A stretch of 64,000 bases of DNA from an uncultured Alistipes sp. (GCA_947364365.1 CANASP010000011.1:7354-71353); one strand, 5' to 3'. Positions 41,421-52,700 are shown, numbered from the stretch's first letter. Translations and numbers: made by a program. The notes: generated by a model not told the origin, from the sequence alone.

Positions 41421-41994
41421 GGCGGAACAGGTAATCGAGCTCCTTGACGGCCGGTTCGAGGTCCGTCTCGAAGATGTTGACGATGGTATAGTCGGCCCGT
41501 GCGCAGAGCGTGTCGTCGTCCAACTGGGCGGCGATGCGCCGGCGGATCGCTTCGGGATCGCTCTTGTCGCGGCGCACGGCGCGCTGCACCCTCAGCTCGA
41601 CGGGAGCCAGCACGGCGACCGTCTTGTCGACATACCCCTCCAGCCCGGCCTCGAAGAGGATGGCGCTCTCCAGGACGACATACTCCCCCTGCTGCCGGTC
41701 GCACCACGCGACGAAATCGCGCATGACCGCCGGGTGCACCAGCGCGTCGAGATCGGCGAGCGCCTGCCCATCGCCGAAGACGATCGAGGCCAGACGAGCC
41801 CGGTCCAGCTCGCCGTCGCGGTAGGTCTCGGGGCCGAAACGTCCGACCAGCGCCGCGCGCAACGCCTCGTCGTCGTGCATCAGCCGCCGGGCCTCGCGGT
41901 CGGAGTCGTAGACCGCCGCGCCGCGCTCGGCGAACAGCCGGCAGACGGTGCTCTTGCCGCTGCCGATACCCCCCGTGACACCCACCCGGATCAT
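41407..41994 (-). CDS. coaE: dephospho-CoA kinase
   Basis: MIRVGVTGGIGSGKST, LVHPAV and ESAILFE. Start at ATG 41994. Confidence 0.95.
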   Translation of the reverse strand: MIRVGVTGGIGSGKSTVCRLFAERGAAVYDSDREARRLMHDDEALRAALVGRFGPETYRDGELDRARLASIVFGDGQALADLDALVHPAVMRDFVAWCDRQQGEYVVLESAILFEAGLEGYVDKTVAVLAPVELRVQRAVRRDKSDPEAIRRRIAAQLDDDTLCARADYTIVNIFETDLEPAVKELDYLFRHGRP

Positions 41995-42386
41995 CGCTCC
42001 GCCGGATTGTCGATCTCGGGAACAGGTCCCATCGAGATGAACTTGATATCGCTGATCCGCACCGAGATGGCGTTTTGCAACGACTGGGGATCGATCACCA
42101 GCTTGCCTTCGTGCCCCTCCTCGCGCGAGGGCGCATAGTGGAGCTCGGACAGAGGCACGCGCAACCGCTTGGTCGCATAGACCCGGTAGCCGAACAGATT
42201 GGTGCCCAGCCCCTCGACGACGCACGTCACCTCGAAGTGCTGGCCGTCGACATTCAGCCGCACGGTCTGCTCGGTGGTATAGGTATAACTCAGCTTGGCG
42301 ATGTACCAGAGGATGAAGGCCGCCACGAGCATCGACAGAAAGACGGGCGAGACGTAGCGGTGCAGCAGCTTCCAAAGATTTTCCAT
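41991..42386 (-). CDS. hypothetical membrane protein (short YbbR/CdaR-like)
   Basis: One TM ending LWYIAKLSYTYT; located upstream of coaE, where Bacteroidetes often carry a YbbR-like gene. Confidence 0.6.
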   Translation of the reverse strand: MENLWKLLHRYVSPVFLSMLVAAFILWYIAKLSYTYTTEQTVRLNVDGQHFEVTCVVEGLGTNLFGYRVYATKRLRVPLSELHYAPSREEGHEGKLVIDPQSLQNAISVRISDIKFISMGPVPEIDNPAER

Positions 42387-42414
42387 AGACCGGAGGGTTT
42401 TCCAGCGCAAAGTT

Positions 42415-42455
42415 AAAAAATAAAACGGGCCGCACGCAAGGTGCGACCCATTTTT
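42415..42455 (-). terminator. intrinsic terminator after secDF
   Basis: GGGCCGCAC-gcaag-GTGCGACCC hairpin flanked by A and T runs. Confidence 0.55.
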
Positions 42456-42505
42456 ATTCTATAAGGTATCTCCCGGCTCCCGGGGAGCGAAAGAGACCCG
42501 CGGCC

Positions 42506-45502
42506 TTACTCCTTGTCGAGCTTGGCGCGCTTGGTCATCAGATCGTAGGCCACCGGCGTCGCGATGAAGATCGTAGCGGCGGTACCCACGACGACGCCCA
42601 CCGTCAGCGCGAAGATGAAGCCGCGGATGGTCTCGCCGCCGAAGAAGAAGATCGCCAGCAGCGTGACGAGCGTCGTACCCGACGTGTTGATCGTACGCGA
42701 GAGGGTCGAGTTGATGGCGTTGTTGACGTTCTCCTTGAGGTTGCGCTTGGGATAGAGCCCGAGGAACTCGCGGATACGGTCGAAGACCACCACCGTGTCG
42801 TTGATCGCATAACCGATGATCGTGAGGATCGCGGCGATGAAGGCCTGGTTGACCTCCAGGTTGAAGGGCACGAAACCGTAGAGCATCGAGAAGAGACCGA
42901 TGATGAACACGGCGTTGACGGCCAGGGCCAGCGTAGCGCCCGAAGCCCACTGCCAGCGCTTGAAGCGGAAGGTGATGTAGAGTCCGATGGCCAGCAGCGA
43001 GAAGAGCACCGAGTAGATGGCGTTCCAGGTCATGTCCTTGGCGATCGAGGGACCGATCTTGTCGGCCGTCAGGATACCGTTCTCGTCGGTCTGCGTGTTG
43101 CGGAACTGCTCGAAGGTGATGTCGTAGGAGTAGAGCGACTTCATGGCGTCGTAGATGATACGCTCGACCTCGGCCGTAGCCTCGTCCGACGTGTCGTCGT
43201 AGCGGTACTGCGTCACGATGCGCATCTGGTTCTCGTTGCCGTACTGCTTCACCTCGAAGCTGATGGCCGAAGCGTCGGCATCGGCGAACTTCGCGAACTC
43301 GGTGTCGAGGTTGCGGCGCACGTCCTCGGCCGACACGGCCTTGTCGAAGCGCACGACATAGGCGCGGCCGCCCGTGAACTCGGCGCCGAGGTTCAGACCG
43401 CGGACGAGGAACGAGACGCACGACAGCGCGATCACCGCGGCTGCGACCGCATAACCTACCTTACGGGCACCGATAAAGTCGATGTGGGTGTTGTTGAGGA
43501 AGTTCTCCGACCACTTGCGCGAGAAGGAGATCGAGCCCCAGCGCTCGACGATCCACTCGATCAGAAGGCGCGTGATGAAGACGGCGCTGAGGAACGAGGT
43601 GATGATACCGATGATGAGCGTCGTGGCGAAGCCCTGGACGGGACCGTTACCGAAGACGAAGAGCACGATACCGGTGATGATCGTCGTCAGGTTACCGTCG
43701 ATGATGGCCGAATAGGCTTTCGAGAAACCGTCCTTGATGGCCAGCGACAGCCCCTTGCCGCCGCGCAGCTCCTCCTTGATACGTTCGTAGATGATGACGT
43801 TGGCGTCGACGGCCATACCCATCGTCAGGACGATACCGGCGATACCCGGCAGCGTCAGCACGGCGCCGAACGACACGAGGATACCCATCAGCAGGAAGAC
43901 ATTGGTCAGCAGCGCCAGGTCGGACATCCAGCCGGCCGTCTTGTAGAAGAGCCCCATGTAGAGCAGCACGAGGATGAAGGCGATGACGAACGACATCAGA
44001 CCGGCGTCGATCGACTCCTGACCCAGCGAGGGGCCCACCACCGTATCCTGGATGATCTTGGCGGGAGCGGGGACCTTACCCGAGTTGAGCACGTTGGCCA
44101 GGTCCTTGGCCTCCTGGATCGTGAAGCCGCCCGAGATCTCCGACGTACCCTTGTCGATCTTCGTGCGGACGACGGGAGCCGAATAGACGTAGCCGTCGAG
44201 CACCACGGCGATGCACTTGCCGATGTTCTCGCCCGTCAGACGCGACCACTCCTGCGTACCGGCGGCGTTCATCGCCATCGAAACCACGGCCGAAGCGCCG
44301 CGCTCGGCATACTGCTCGCGGGCGTCGGTGATGACCGAACCGTCGAGCGGAGCACGGCCGTCGGGCGTCGAGATGCGGATGGCATAGAGGTAGTAGCGGC
44401 CGTCGATGGCATCCTCGCCCTTGACGGCCCACTTGAAGTCGATGTCGGCGGGGAAGAACTCACGGACGGAGGGCTCGGCCAGGTAGGCATCGATGGCGGC
44501 CATGTCGGCCTTGTAGGCGGCACCTACGACGGCACCTCCGGCGAAGGAGGGATCCAGCAGCGCGAAGAGCGGGTTCTGCGCACGGTCGTAACGGCCCGCA
44601 GCGGTCTCCTCGACGGGAGCGGCGGCGCCGACCTCGGCGATCAGCCCCTCGCCCTCGGCGGCGGGAGCGGCCTCGGCGGTCTCGGGCTCCACGGCGGGAG
44701 CGGCCGAAAGCTCGTTCTTGATGAACTTGTCGGCAGCGACCAGCGCGGGCAGCACCTCGCGGGCGTCGTAAGTGGTCCAGAACTCAAGCGAGGCGGTACC
44801 CTGCAGGAGGTTGCGCACGCGCTGCGGCTCCTTGACACCCGGCAGCTCGACCAGAATGCGGTGCGAGTTGGGCAGACGCATGATGTTGGGCTGCGTCACG
44901 CCGAAGTGGTCGATACGGCTGCGCAGCACGTTGAACGAAGCGGCGATGGCGGCCTCGGTCTCGCGCTTGAGGATCTTAGCGATCTCCGAATCGGAGGTCT
45001 CCAGGGTGATCTCCTTGCGGTCGGGGCTCACGAAGATCGCAGCCAGCGAAGCGCCGTTCGAGTGCTTCTGGTAGGCCTTCACGAAGTCGTCGATGTAGTC
45101 CTTCGACGTGCCCTGCTTGATCGCCTCGTTGGCCTCGGCGATCGCGGCCCGGAAGGCGGGATCGTTCTGGCTGTCGCCGGCCAGCGCCTTGACGACATCC
45201 TCGACCTGCACCTCCAGCATGACGTTCATACCGCCCTTGAGGTCCAGACCCAGATTGAGCTCCTTCTCCTTACACTCCTTGTAGGTGAAATTTTTGAGCC
45301 CCAGCATGTTGAATACCGGGAGATTCTGGACCGAATCCAGATAGTGCTGCTCCGCCCCGGCCTGTTCTCCGAGGGGGAACTGCGCGGCATAGGCCGCCGC
45401 CTTCTTCTCTACGCTCCGCGTCTTGAACGAGAACGAGAGCTGATAAACGCACGCAAGCGCAAGAAGCACGGCGAGTAGTTTGATAAAGCCTTTACTTTGC
45501 AT
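42506..45502 (-). CDS. secDF: protein translocase subunit SecDF
   Basis: LGLDLKGG, VGPSLG, GMAVDANVIIYERI, GAEFTGG and GYAINDTVVVFDRIRE. Confidence 0.97.
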   Translation of the reverse strand: MQSKGFIKLLAVLLALACVYQLSFSFKTRSVEKKAAAYAAQFPLGEQAGAEQHYLDSVQNLPVFNMLGLKNFTYKECKEKELNLGLDLKGGMNVMLEVQVEDVVKALAGDSQNDPAFRAAIAEANEAIKQGTSKDYIDDFVKAYQKHSNGASLAAIFVSPDRKEITLETSDSEIAKILKRETEAAIAASFNVLRSRIDHFGVTQPNIMRLPNSHRILVELPGVKEPQRVRNLLQGTASLEFWTTYDAREVLPALVAADKFIKNELSAAPAVEPETAEAAPAAEGEGLIAEVGAAAPVEETAAGRYDRAQNPLFALLDPSFAGGAVVGAAYKADMAAIDAYLAEPSVREFFPADIDFKWAVKGEDAIDGRYYLYAIRISTPDGRAPLDGSVITDAREQYAERGASAVVSMAMNAAGTQEWSRLTGENIGKCIAVVLDGYVYSAPVVRTKIDKGTSEISGGFTIQEAKDLANVLNSGKVPAPAKIIQDTVVGPSLGQESIDAGLMSFVIAFILVLLYMGLFYKTAGWMSDLALLTNVFLLMGILVSFGAVLTLPGIAGIVLTMGMAVDANVIIYERIKEELRGGKGLSLAIKDGFSKAYSAIIDGNLTTIITGIVLFVFGNGPVQGFATTLIIGIITSFLSAVFITRLLIEWIVERWGSISFSRKWSENFLNNTHIDFIGARKVGYAVAAAVIALSCVSFLVRGLNLGAEFTGGRAYVVRFDKAVSAEDVRRNLDTEFAKFADADASAISFEVKQYGNENQMRIVTQYRYDDTSDEATAEVERIIYDAMKSLYSYDITFEQFRNTQTDENGILTADKIGPSIAKDMTWNAIYSVLFSLLAIGLYITFRFKRWQWASGATLALAVNAVFIIGLFSMLYGFVPFNLEVNQAFIAAILTIIGYAINDTVVVFDRIREFLGLYPKRNLKENVNNAINSTLSRTINTSGTTLVTLLAIFFFGGETIRGFIFALTVGVVVGTAATIFIATPVAYDLMTKRAKLDKE

Positions 45503-45641
45503 GAAACGATAAATATTTGATTGTTTTACGTTTTATCCTTGGTCCGGTTAGCGTGCAAAGATAGAAAAAATATGATGAAAAGCGAAAAGTGCGCTGCTAA
45601 AAGTGCCCGGCGCCGCAAAATTCGCTATTTTTGCCGCCGCA

Positions 45642-46529
45642 ATGGGTCGTTTCCGCACATACCGCTACCATGCAGCCGCGCTCTTCACCGTCTCGGTGTG
45701 GGGCGCCACGTTCGTCTCGACCAAGGTGCTGATCGCCCACGGGCTCACCCCGGCATGGATCTTCCTGCTGCGTTTCGCCCTGGCCTATGCGTTCATACTC
45801 TTCGCCGTGCCGCGGCCGCTGCGTCTGCGCTCGGCGGCCGACGAACTGCTCGCCGCGGCGGCCGGCGTCACCGGCGGGTCGCTCTACTTCCTGCTGGAGA
45901 ACATCGCCCTGGAGTACGCCCCGGCGTCGAACGTCTCGCTGATCGTCTGCACGGCCCCCGTATGGACCGCCCTGCTGCTGGGCGCGCTCGACCGGCGCGA
46001 GCGGATGTCGCGCAGCCAGGCGGCAGGATCGGCCGCAGCCTTCGTCGGCATGGCGCTCGTGGTCCTCAACGGCCGGTTCGTGCTCCACCTCTCGCCCGCC
46101 GGCGACCTGCTCTCGCTCGGGGCCGCGCTGCTGTGGATGGTCTATTCGCTGGTCGTCAAACGCATCATCGGCCGCTACCCGACCCTGCTGGTCACGCGCA
46201 AGATCTTCTTTTACGGGCTGGTGACCATCCTCCCCGTGGTCGTCGCCCGCCCGCTCGACCTCTCCCCCGACACCTTCGCCCGGCCCGTCGTGTGGGGCAA
46301 CCTCGTCTTTCTGGGGCTCGTGGCCTCGATGCTGTGCTATCTGATCTGGAACGCGGTGATCCGTCATCTGGGGGCCGTGCGCGCCACCAACTACATCTAT
46401 TTCAACCCGCTCGTGACGATGGTCACGGCATGGCTCTGCATCGGCGAGCGCATCACCGCCGCGGCGCTCGCCGGCGCCGCCCTGATCCTCGGCGGGATGT
46501 GGCTCTGCGAACGGAAGGGCGAGGCGTAG
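45642..46529 (+). CDS. DMT/EamA family transporter
   Basis: WGATFVSTK and NYIYFNP; about 10 TM; TATTTTTG -7 box at 45626-45633. Confidence 0.88.
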   Translation: MGRFRTYRYHAAALFTVSVWGATFVSTKVLIAHGLTPAWIFLLRFALAYAFILFAVPRPLRLRSAADELLAAAAGVTGGSLYFLLENIALEYAPASNVSLIVCTAPVWTALLLGALDRRERMSRSQAAGSAAAFVGMALVVLNGRFVLHLSPAGDLLSLGAALLWMVYSLVVKRIIGRYPTLLVTRKIFFYGLVTILPVVVARPLDLSPDTFARPVVWGNLVFLGLVASMLCYLIWNAVIRHLGAVRATNYIYFNPLVTMVTAWLCIGERITAAALAGAALILGGMWLCERKGEA

Positions 46530-46604
46530 GGCAGGCTTGCGGAGACACAGGCCGGCCGCTCTTTTTCGTTGAACGGGGATTTTAACGTTACATAATCGGA
46601 GTTG

Positions 46605-46780
46605 CAGTCCGCAGCCGGCGGAGGCTGCCGGCGAGCTTGTGCGAGACGAGCAACCCTCCGCCCGGGGATGGCTGCGGGCTGCCGGCCTGAAGGCCGCTTT
46701 TTGCCGTCAAATTCGGGTCCCAGACAGCGAAGGGCGCGACAAAGTCGCGGGCCCTCGCCGCCGGAGGCTGCGGCCCGCCA
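46605..46780 (-). repeat. GC-rich multi-hairpin intergenic repeat, copy A
   Basis: Reverse complement aligns block-by-block with 54867-55053 and 62787-62978. Confidence 0.8.
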
Positions 46781-46834
46781 AGAACCATACGACACCTAAC
46801 AAGATAGCTTCTTTCAACTTTCCATTTTCAACTT

Positions 46835-46923
46835 TTTCGTATTTTTGGCTAAAGCCGAAGATACTGCGCCTCGGAAAAAATGCGAACAAGTTCGCTTTTT
46901 TCTCTCGGCTTTCCGTATCTTTG
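46835..46923 (+). repeat. single promoter-bearing palindromic repeat unit flanked by duplicated -7 boxes
   Basis: tttcgTATTTTTG-gctaaagccgaagatactgcgcctcggaaaaaatgcgaacaagttcgcttttttctctcggct-ttccgTATCTTTG; homologous to the 30196-30394 units. Confidence 0.8.
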
Positions 46924-46940
46924 CAAAAACCGACTTTAAA

Positions 46941-48269
46941 ATGAACCGACTCACCCACCTCCTCCGCACCTGCACCCTGTGCGCCTGCGCCCTGCTCGGC
47001 GCCGCAAGCGTCGCAGCCCAACCGGGTTACGTCCCCGCTCCCGAGAACCTCGCCGCCCGGCAGCAGTTCGCCGACGGCCGCTTCGGCATCTTCCTCCACT
47101 GGGGACTCTACGCCATGTTGGGCCAGGGCGAGTGGCACATGACCAACGCCAACCTCCACTACCGCGAATACGAGAAGCTCGCCGGCGGCTTCTGCCCCGC
47201 GCGCTTCGACGCCCGGGCCTGGGTCACGGCCTTCCGCGAGGCGGGCGCCCGCTACATCTGCTTCACCACGCGCCACCACGACGGATTCTCGATGTTCCGC
47301 ACGGCGCAGTCGCCCTACAACATCGTCGAGGCGACTCCCTTCGCCCGCGACGTGGTCAAGGAGCTGGCCGAAGAGTGCCACCGCCAGGGGTTACGCATCC
47401 ACTTCTACTACTCGCTCATCGACTGGTGGCGCGAGGACGCGCCGCGCGGCCGCACGGGCCTCGGCACGGGCCGTCCCGACGAGAAGGAGGACATCGACGC
47501 CTACTTCGACTTCATGAAGGGGCAGCTCACCGAGCTGCTGACCCAATACGGCGAGGTGGGGGCCATCTGGTTCGACGGCGTGTGGGACCAGGACCACAAC
47601 CCCTCGTTCGACTGGCGTCTGGGCGAGCTCTACGCCCTGATCCACCGGCTGCAACCCGCCTGCCTCATTATCAACAACCACCACCTCACCCCCTTCGAGG
47701 GCGAGGACGCGCAGGCCTTCGAGCGCGACCTGCCGGGCGAGAACACCGCCGGGCTCTCGGGCCAGGAGGTGAGCCGCCTGCCGCTCGAGACGTGCCAGAC
47801 GATGAACGGCATGTGGGGCTACCGCATCGCCGACCAGAACTACAAGCCGGCCGACGCGCTCGTGCAGTACCTCGCCGGAGCGGCCGGACGCGGCGCCAAC
47901 CTGCTGCTCAACATCGGCCCGCAGCCCGACGGTGCGCTGCCCGCGGCGGCCCTCGACCGCCTCGCCGCGATGGGCGGGTGGCTGCGCGCCAACGGCGAGA
48001 CGATCTACGGCACCGAGGCGGGGCCCGTCGCGCCGCGCCCGTGGGGCGTCACCACGCGCCGCGGCGACCGCGTGTGGGTCCACATCCTCGACTGCCCCGA
48101 CAAGGAGCTCTTCGTGCCGATCGAGGGGCTGCGCGTGAAGCAGGCCGTGCGCTTCGCCGACCGCAGCAAGGTCGCCTTCGCGCAGGACGACGCGGGCGTG
48201 CTGCTCCGCCTGGGCGAGGTCCCCGCCGGGCCCGACTGCATCGTCGAGCTGACCGTCGCGGAGAAATAA
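46941..48269 (+). CDS. alpha-L-fucosidase (GH29)
   Basis: FGIFLHWGLY, TTRHHDGF, IWFDG and NLLLNIGP; signal peptide. Confidence 0.93.
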   Translation: MNRLTHLLRTCTLCACALLGAASVAAQPGYVPAPENLAARQQFADGRFGIFLHWGLYAMLGQGEWHMTNANLHYREYEKLAGGFCPARFDARAWVTAFREAGARYICFTTRHHDGFSMFRTAQSPYNIVEATPFARDVVKELAEECHRQGLRIHFYYSLIDWWREDAPRGRTGLGTGRPDEKEDIDAYFDFMKGQLTELLTQYGEVGAIWFDGVWDQDHNPSFDWRLGELYALIHRLQPACLIINNHHLTPFEGEDAQAFERDLPGENTAGLSGQEVSRLPLETCQTMNGMWGYRIADQNYKPADALVQYLAGAAGRGANLLLNIGPQPDGALPAAALDRLAAMGGWLRANGETIYGTEAGPVAPRPWGVTTRRGDRVWVHILDCPDKELFVPIEGLRVKQAVRFADRSKVAFAQDDAGVLLRLGEVPAGPDCIVELTVAEK

Positions 48270-48299
48270 CCACCGCCGGAGTGCGACAAATAAAAACCG

Positions 48300-48335
48300 A
48301 AAGGGAGCCGTTTTCTTGCGAACGGCTCCCTTTTT
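48300..48335 (+). terminator. intrinsic terminator after the fucosidase
   Basis: AAAGGGAGCCGTT...AACGGCTCCCTTTTT. Confidence 0.8.
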
Positions 48336-48474
48336 ATCCTGCCGAGACCTACACTCTCCCGGCATGCTCCGTATCCCAGAACCCGCGCCGATACCGGATC
48401 GGCGAACCGCCCCGTCGGAGCCCTCGCCGATGCCCGCTCCTCCGCCGCTTCTGACACCTGGCACACCGCCCGAC

Positions 48475-48512
48475 AAAAACAGCCCCGCCCCGGAAATCTC
48501 CGGAGCGGGGCT
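48475..48512 (-). terminator. intrinsic terminator after dnaK
   Basis: AGCCCCGC...GCGGGGCT stem followed by GTTTTT on the minus strand. Confidence 0.7.
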
Positions 48513-48544
48513 TCGTCAAGAGGGTATCAAACCCTCTGCGGGAA

Positions 48545-50461
<1,917 letters not shown>

Positions 50462-50698
50462 AATCTTATTTGGTTTTAATTGTTATTCTGTTTCGCGTGC
50501 CCCTTACGGCGCACGCCCCCGATCCGAACAAAGGTTATACCAAACCCTGCGGACTGCCAATTTGTCACGCGATTGGCAGAATCCCGCCCCCGCACGCCCC
50601 GGCGAGGTGCTATTTTGACAGCATGCGCCCCGCAGAGAGCCCCCGGCACGAAAAAAGGCCTGCGTCGCCGCAGGCCCCGAAACGGTCGTCGACCGCCA

Positions 50699-50941
50699 TC
50701 AGTTGTTCTCACCGAGGATACGCATCGCCGCATCCAGGATCGCCGTGTCGTCCAATGTCACGACACCGCCGTCCGGCCCCGGCTCGAAATGCACACCCAC
50801 GCACTCCTTCGACTCGTGCGAGCCGCCGAAATAGTTGCGAACGGTCTCAACATCGATTCCTAACTCATCTGCAATACGCTGCGAACTGCCGCTGGGCAGC
50901 CGGTCCTTGATTCGGCGCAACTCGTTGAATGTGATAATCAT
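50699..50941 (-). CDS. small Bacteroidetes-conserved HTH DNA-binding protein
   Basis: ITFNELRRIKDRLPSG..RIADELGIDVETVRNYFGG; HTH-like, 80 aa. Confidence 0.75.
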   Translation of the reverse strand: MIITFNELRRIKDRLPSGSSQRIADELGIDVETVRNYFGGSHESKECVGVHFEPGPDGGVVTLDDTAILDAAMRILGENN

Positions 50942-51036
50942 ATCCTTTAAGATTTAGGTTTGAATATTCCGCTTGACTAAATTAGGCCTTTTTTTTCTAA
51001 TTTCCAAGAAAACAACCCGAAAATCCGAAAAATTCT

Positions 51037-51072
51037 AAAAAAAGCGACGCATCCTGCGGGGATGCGTCGCTT
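51037..51072 (-). terminator. intrinsic terminator
   Basis: AAGCGACGCATCC-tgcg-GGATGCGTCGCTT stem with a minus-strand T run. Confidence 0.8.
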
Positions 51073-51092
51073 CGTTCGGTCGGAATGCCGGG

Positions 51093-52700
51093 CTACTCCT
51101 CCTCCTTGGGTTCGATATAGAACTGGAAGATGAGCGGCGTGAACGCGGGGATTTCGGTGCTGACCGTCGTGGTGGTCGTGGTGGTCGAGCTGTCCGTCGA
51201 ACTGCCGTAGCCATAGCCGTAACCGTAGCCGCCGTAACCGTAATAGGGGTTGTAGTAGCCGCCCATGTAACTGCCGTAGTAGCCGCCGTAGTAGCCGCCG
51301 TAGCTGCTGCCGTAGTAGCTGTTGGCGTAATTGAGGTAGTTGAGATAATTGTAGTAGTCGGCCATGCTGGTGTTCGACGAGGAGGTGGTGGAGGTCGACC
51401 CGCTCTGCCCCGAGACGCCGTAGGCGTGGGTCGAGGAGGTGACGAAAGCCGCCCACTGGCCGAACTTGAGGTTGGGCACGATGTAGTTGAAGGCCTGGAT
51501 CAGACCGCCGTCCTCGGGCTTGTAGCTCAGGACAGAACCGGCGCTGCCGACCTCGCCGTAGACGATCTGCTTCACCTCGTCGATGTTCGTATCGAAGATG
51601 AATCCGTCGAGGAAGCGGCCGATATACCAGATCTTGGCCGTGCCGGTCTGCTTGACCGAGTCGGCATCGAGCGCCTTCACCCCCTCGTAGGCGGTCACCG
51701 CCTCGCCGAACCGCTCCTTCAGCGCCTCGGCGATGCGCCGGTCGATATCCGACATCGAGGCCGCGTCGACATAGGGCTCGAAGCCCGAGCTGTAGGGGGC
51801 GTCGAAATGGAGCGGACGGTCGGGACGATAGCGGTAGTTGACGTAGAGCTGCGGAATCGTATCGCTGGCCGACGACCACTCCTCGGGGATATTGTAGGGG
51901 TGGTCGGCCGCCTCGGAATCCGACGGGATCGACGAGACGTAGTCCTCCGACGAGGAGCTCTCCTCCTCGTCGCTCTTCTCGTGCTGGTAGAGACGCAGGC
52001 CGCCGTTGGCGGGCGCCTCGCAGAAAGCGTCGACGGCCCGACCCTCGGCCTCCAGCGGATTTTTCACCGTGTCGCACACGGCCATCGTCACGATCATCGG
52101 GCGCCCCTCGTCGAGCGAGAACTGCCCCTCGTAGCCGCCCGTACCCGATACGCCGCTGCCGATGACCGTCGAGGGGAGGTAGAGCACCACCTTCGAACCG
52201 CGGCGCAGCACCAGCTCGCGCGAGGAGAGCCGGCGGTCGGGATCGTCCTTGTATTTAGCGTAATACGCCTCCGACAGAGTCAGCTTGTTGCGCATCGCCA
52301 GCCAGGTGCCTTCGAGCAGACTCGAATTCTCCTCGCCGCAGTAGCGGTAGAAGGGCACATAGTGCGTATAGCGGGTGAAGGTCCCTTCGAGCACCGCCTC
52401 GGCCGCGTTGCGCGTCATGACGATGTTGCCGCTCAGATCGCGTCCCGAGTAGTCGAAACGCACCCAGCAAACCGTATCGTTGACGGGGCCGTACTGCGGA
52501 TCGCCGGCATCGAGCACGTCGACGTAGTAGCCGCCCTGCTCCTGGTAATTGCCCTCCAGATCGGGCCGATGCTGGTGGATCCAGGCCTTGAGGGCCAGCG
52601 TTTCGTATTTCGAGGTATCCACGTCCGGCTCTTTGGCGCAGGACGCCGCCGCCACGAGCAGCAGAAACGCAAGGCCGGCTTTCAAATCGAGTAACTTCAT
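51093..52700 (-). CDS. lipoprotein with FKBP-like domains and a Tyr/Gly/Ser-rich insertion
   Basis: Lipobox AASC; VRFDYSGRDLSG; IWYIGRFLDGFIFDTN, S..AYG..G and IPAFTPLIF (FKBP hallmarks). Confidence 0.75.
   Translation of the reverse strand: MKLLDLKAGLAFLLLVAAASCAKEPDVDTSKYETLALKAWIHQHRPDLEGNYQEQGGYYVDVLDAGDPQYGPVNDTVCWVRFDYSGRDLSGNIVMTRNAAEAVLEGTFTRYTHYVPFYRYCGEENSSLLEGTWLAMRNKLTLSEAYYAKYKDDPDRRLSSRELVLRRGSKVVLYLPSTVIGSGVSGTGGYEGQFSLDEGRPMIVTMAVCDTVKNPLEAEGRAVDAFCEAPANGGLRLYQHEKSDEEESSSSEDYVSSIPSDSEAADHPYNIPEEWSSASDTIPQLYVNYRYRPDRPLHFDAPYSSGFEPYVDAASMSDIDRRIAEALKERFGEAVTAYEGVKALDADSVKQTGTAKIWYIGRFLDGFIFDTNIDEVKQIVYGEVGSAGSVLSYKPEDGGLIQAFNYIVPNLKFGQWAAFVTSSTHAYGVSGQSGSTSTTSSSNTSMADYYNYLNYLNYANSYYGSSYGGYYGGYYGSYMGGYYNPYYGYGGYGYGYGYGSSTDSSTTTTTTTVSTEIPAFTPLIFQFYIEPKEEE

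Noticed and set aside
46811-46837. TTTCAAC/TTTCCAT heptamer-like runs (also near 1241-1270 and 11530-11570)
   Set aside because: Short, degenerate and only 2-3 units each; not enough to call an element.
50554-50579. CIRCE/HrcA operator upstream of dnaK
   Set aside because: Arms and spacing do not match TTAGCACTC-N9-GAGTGCTAA; reported instead as an unassigned palindrome.
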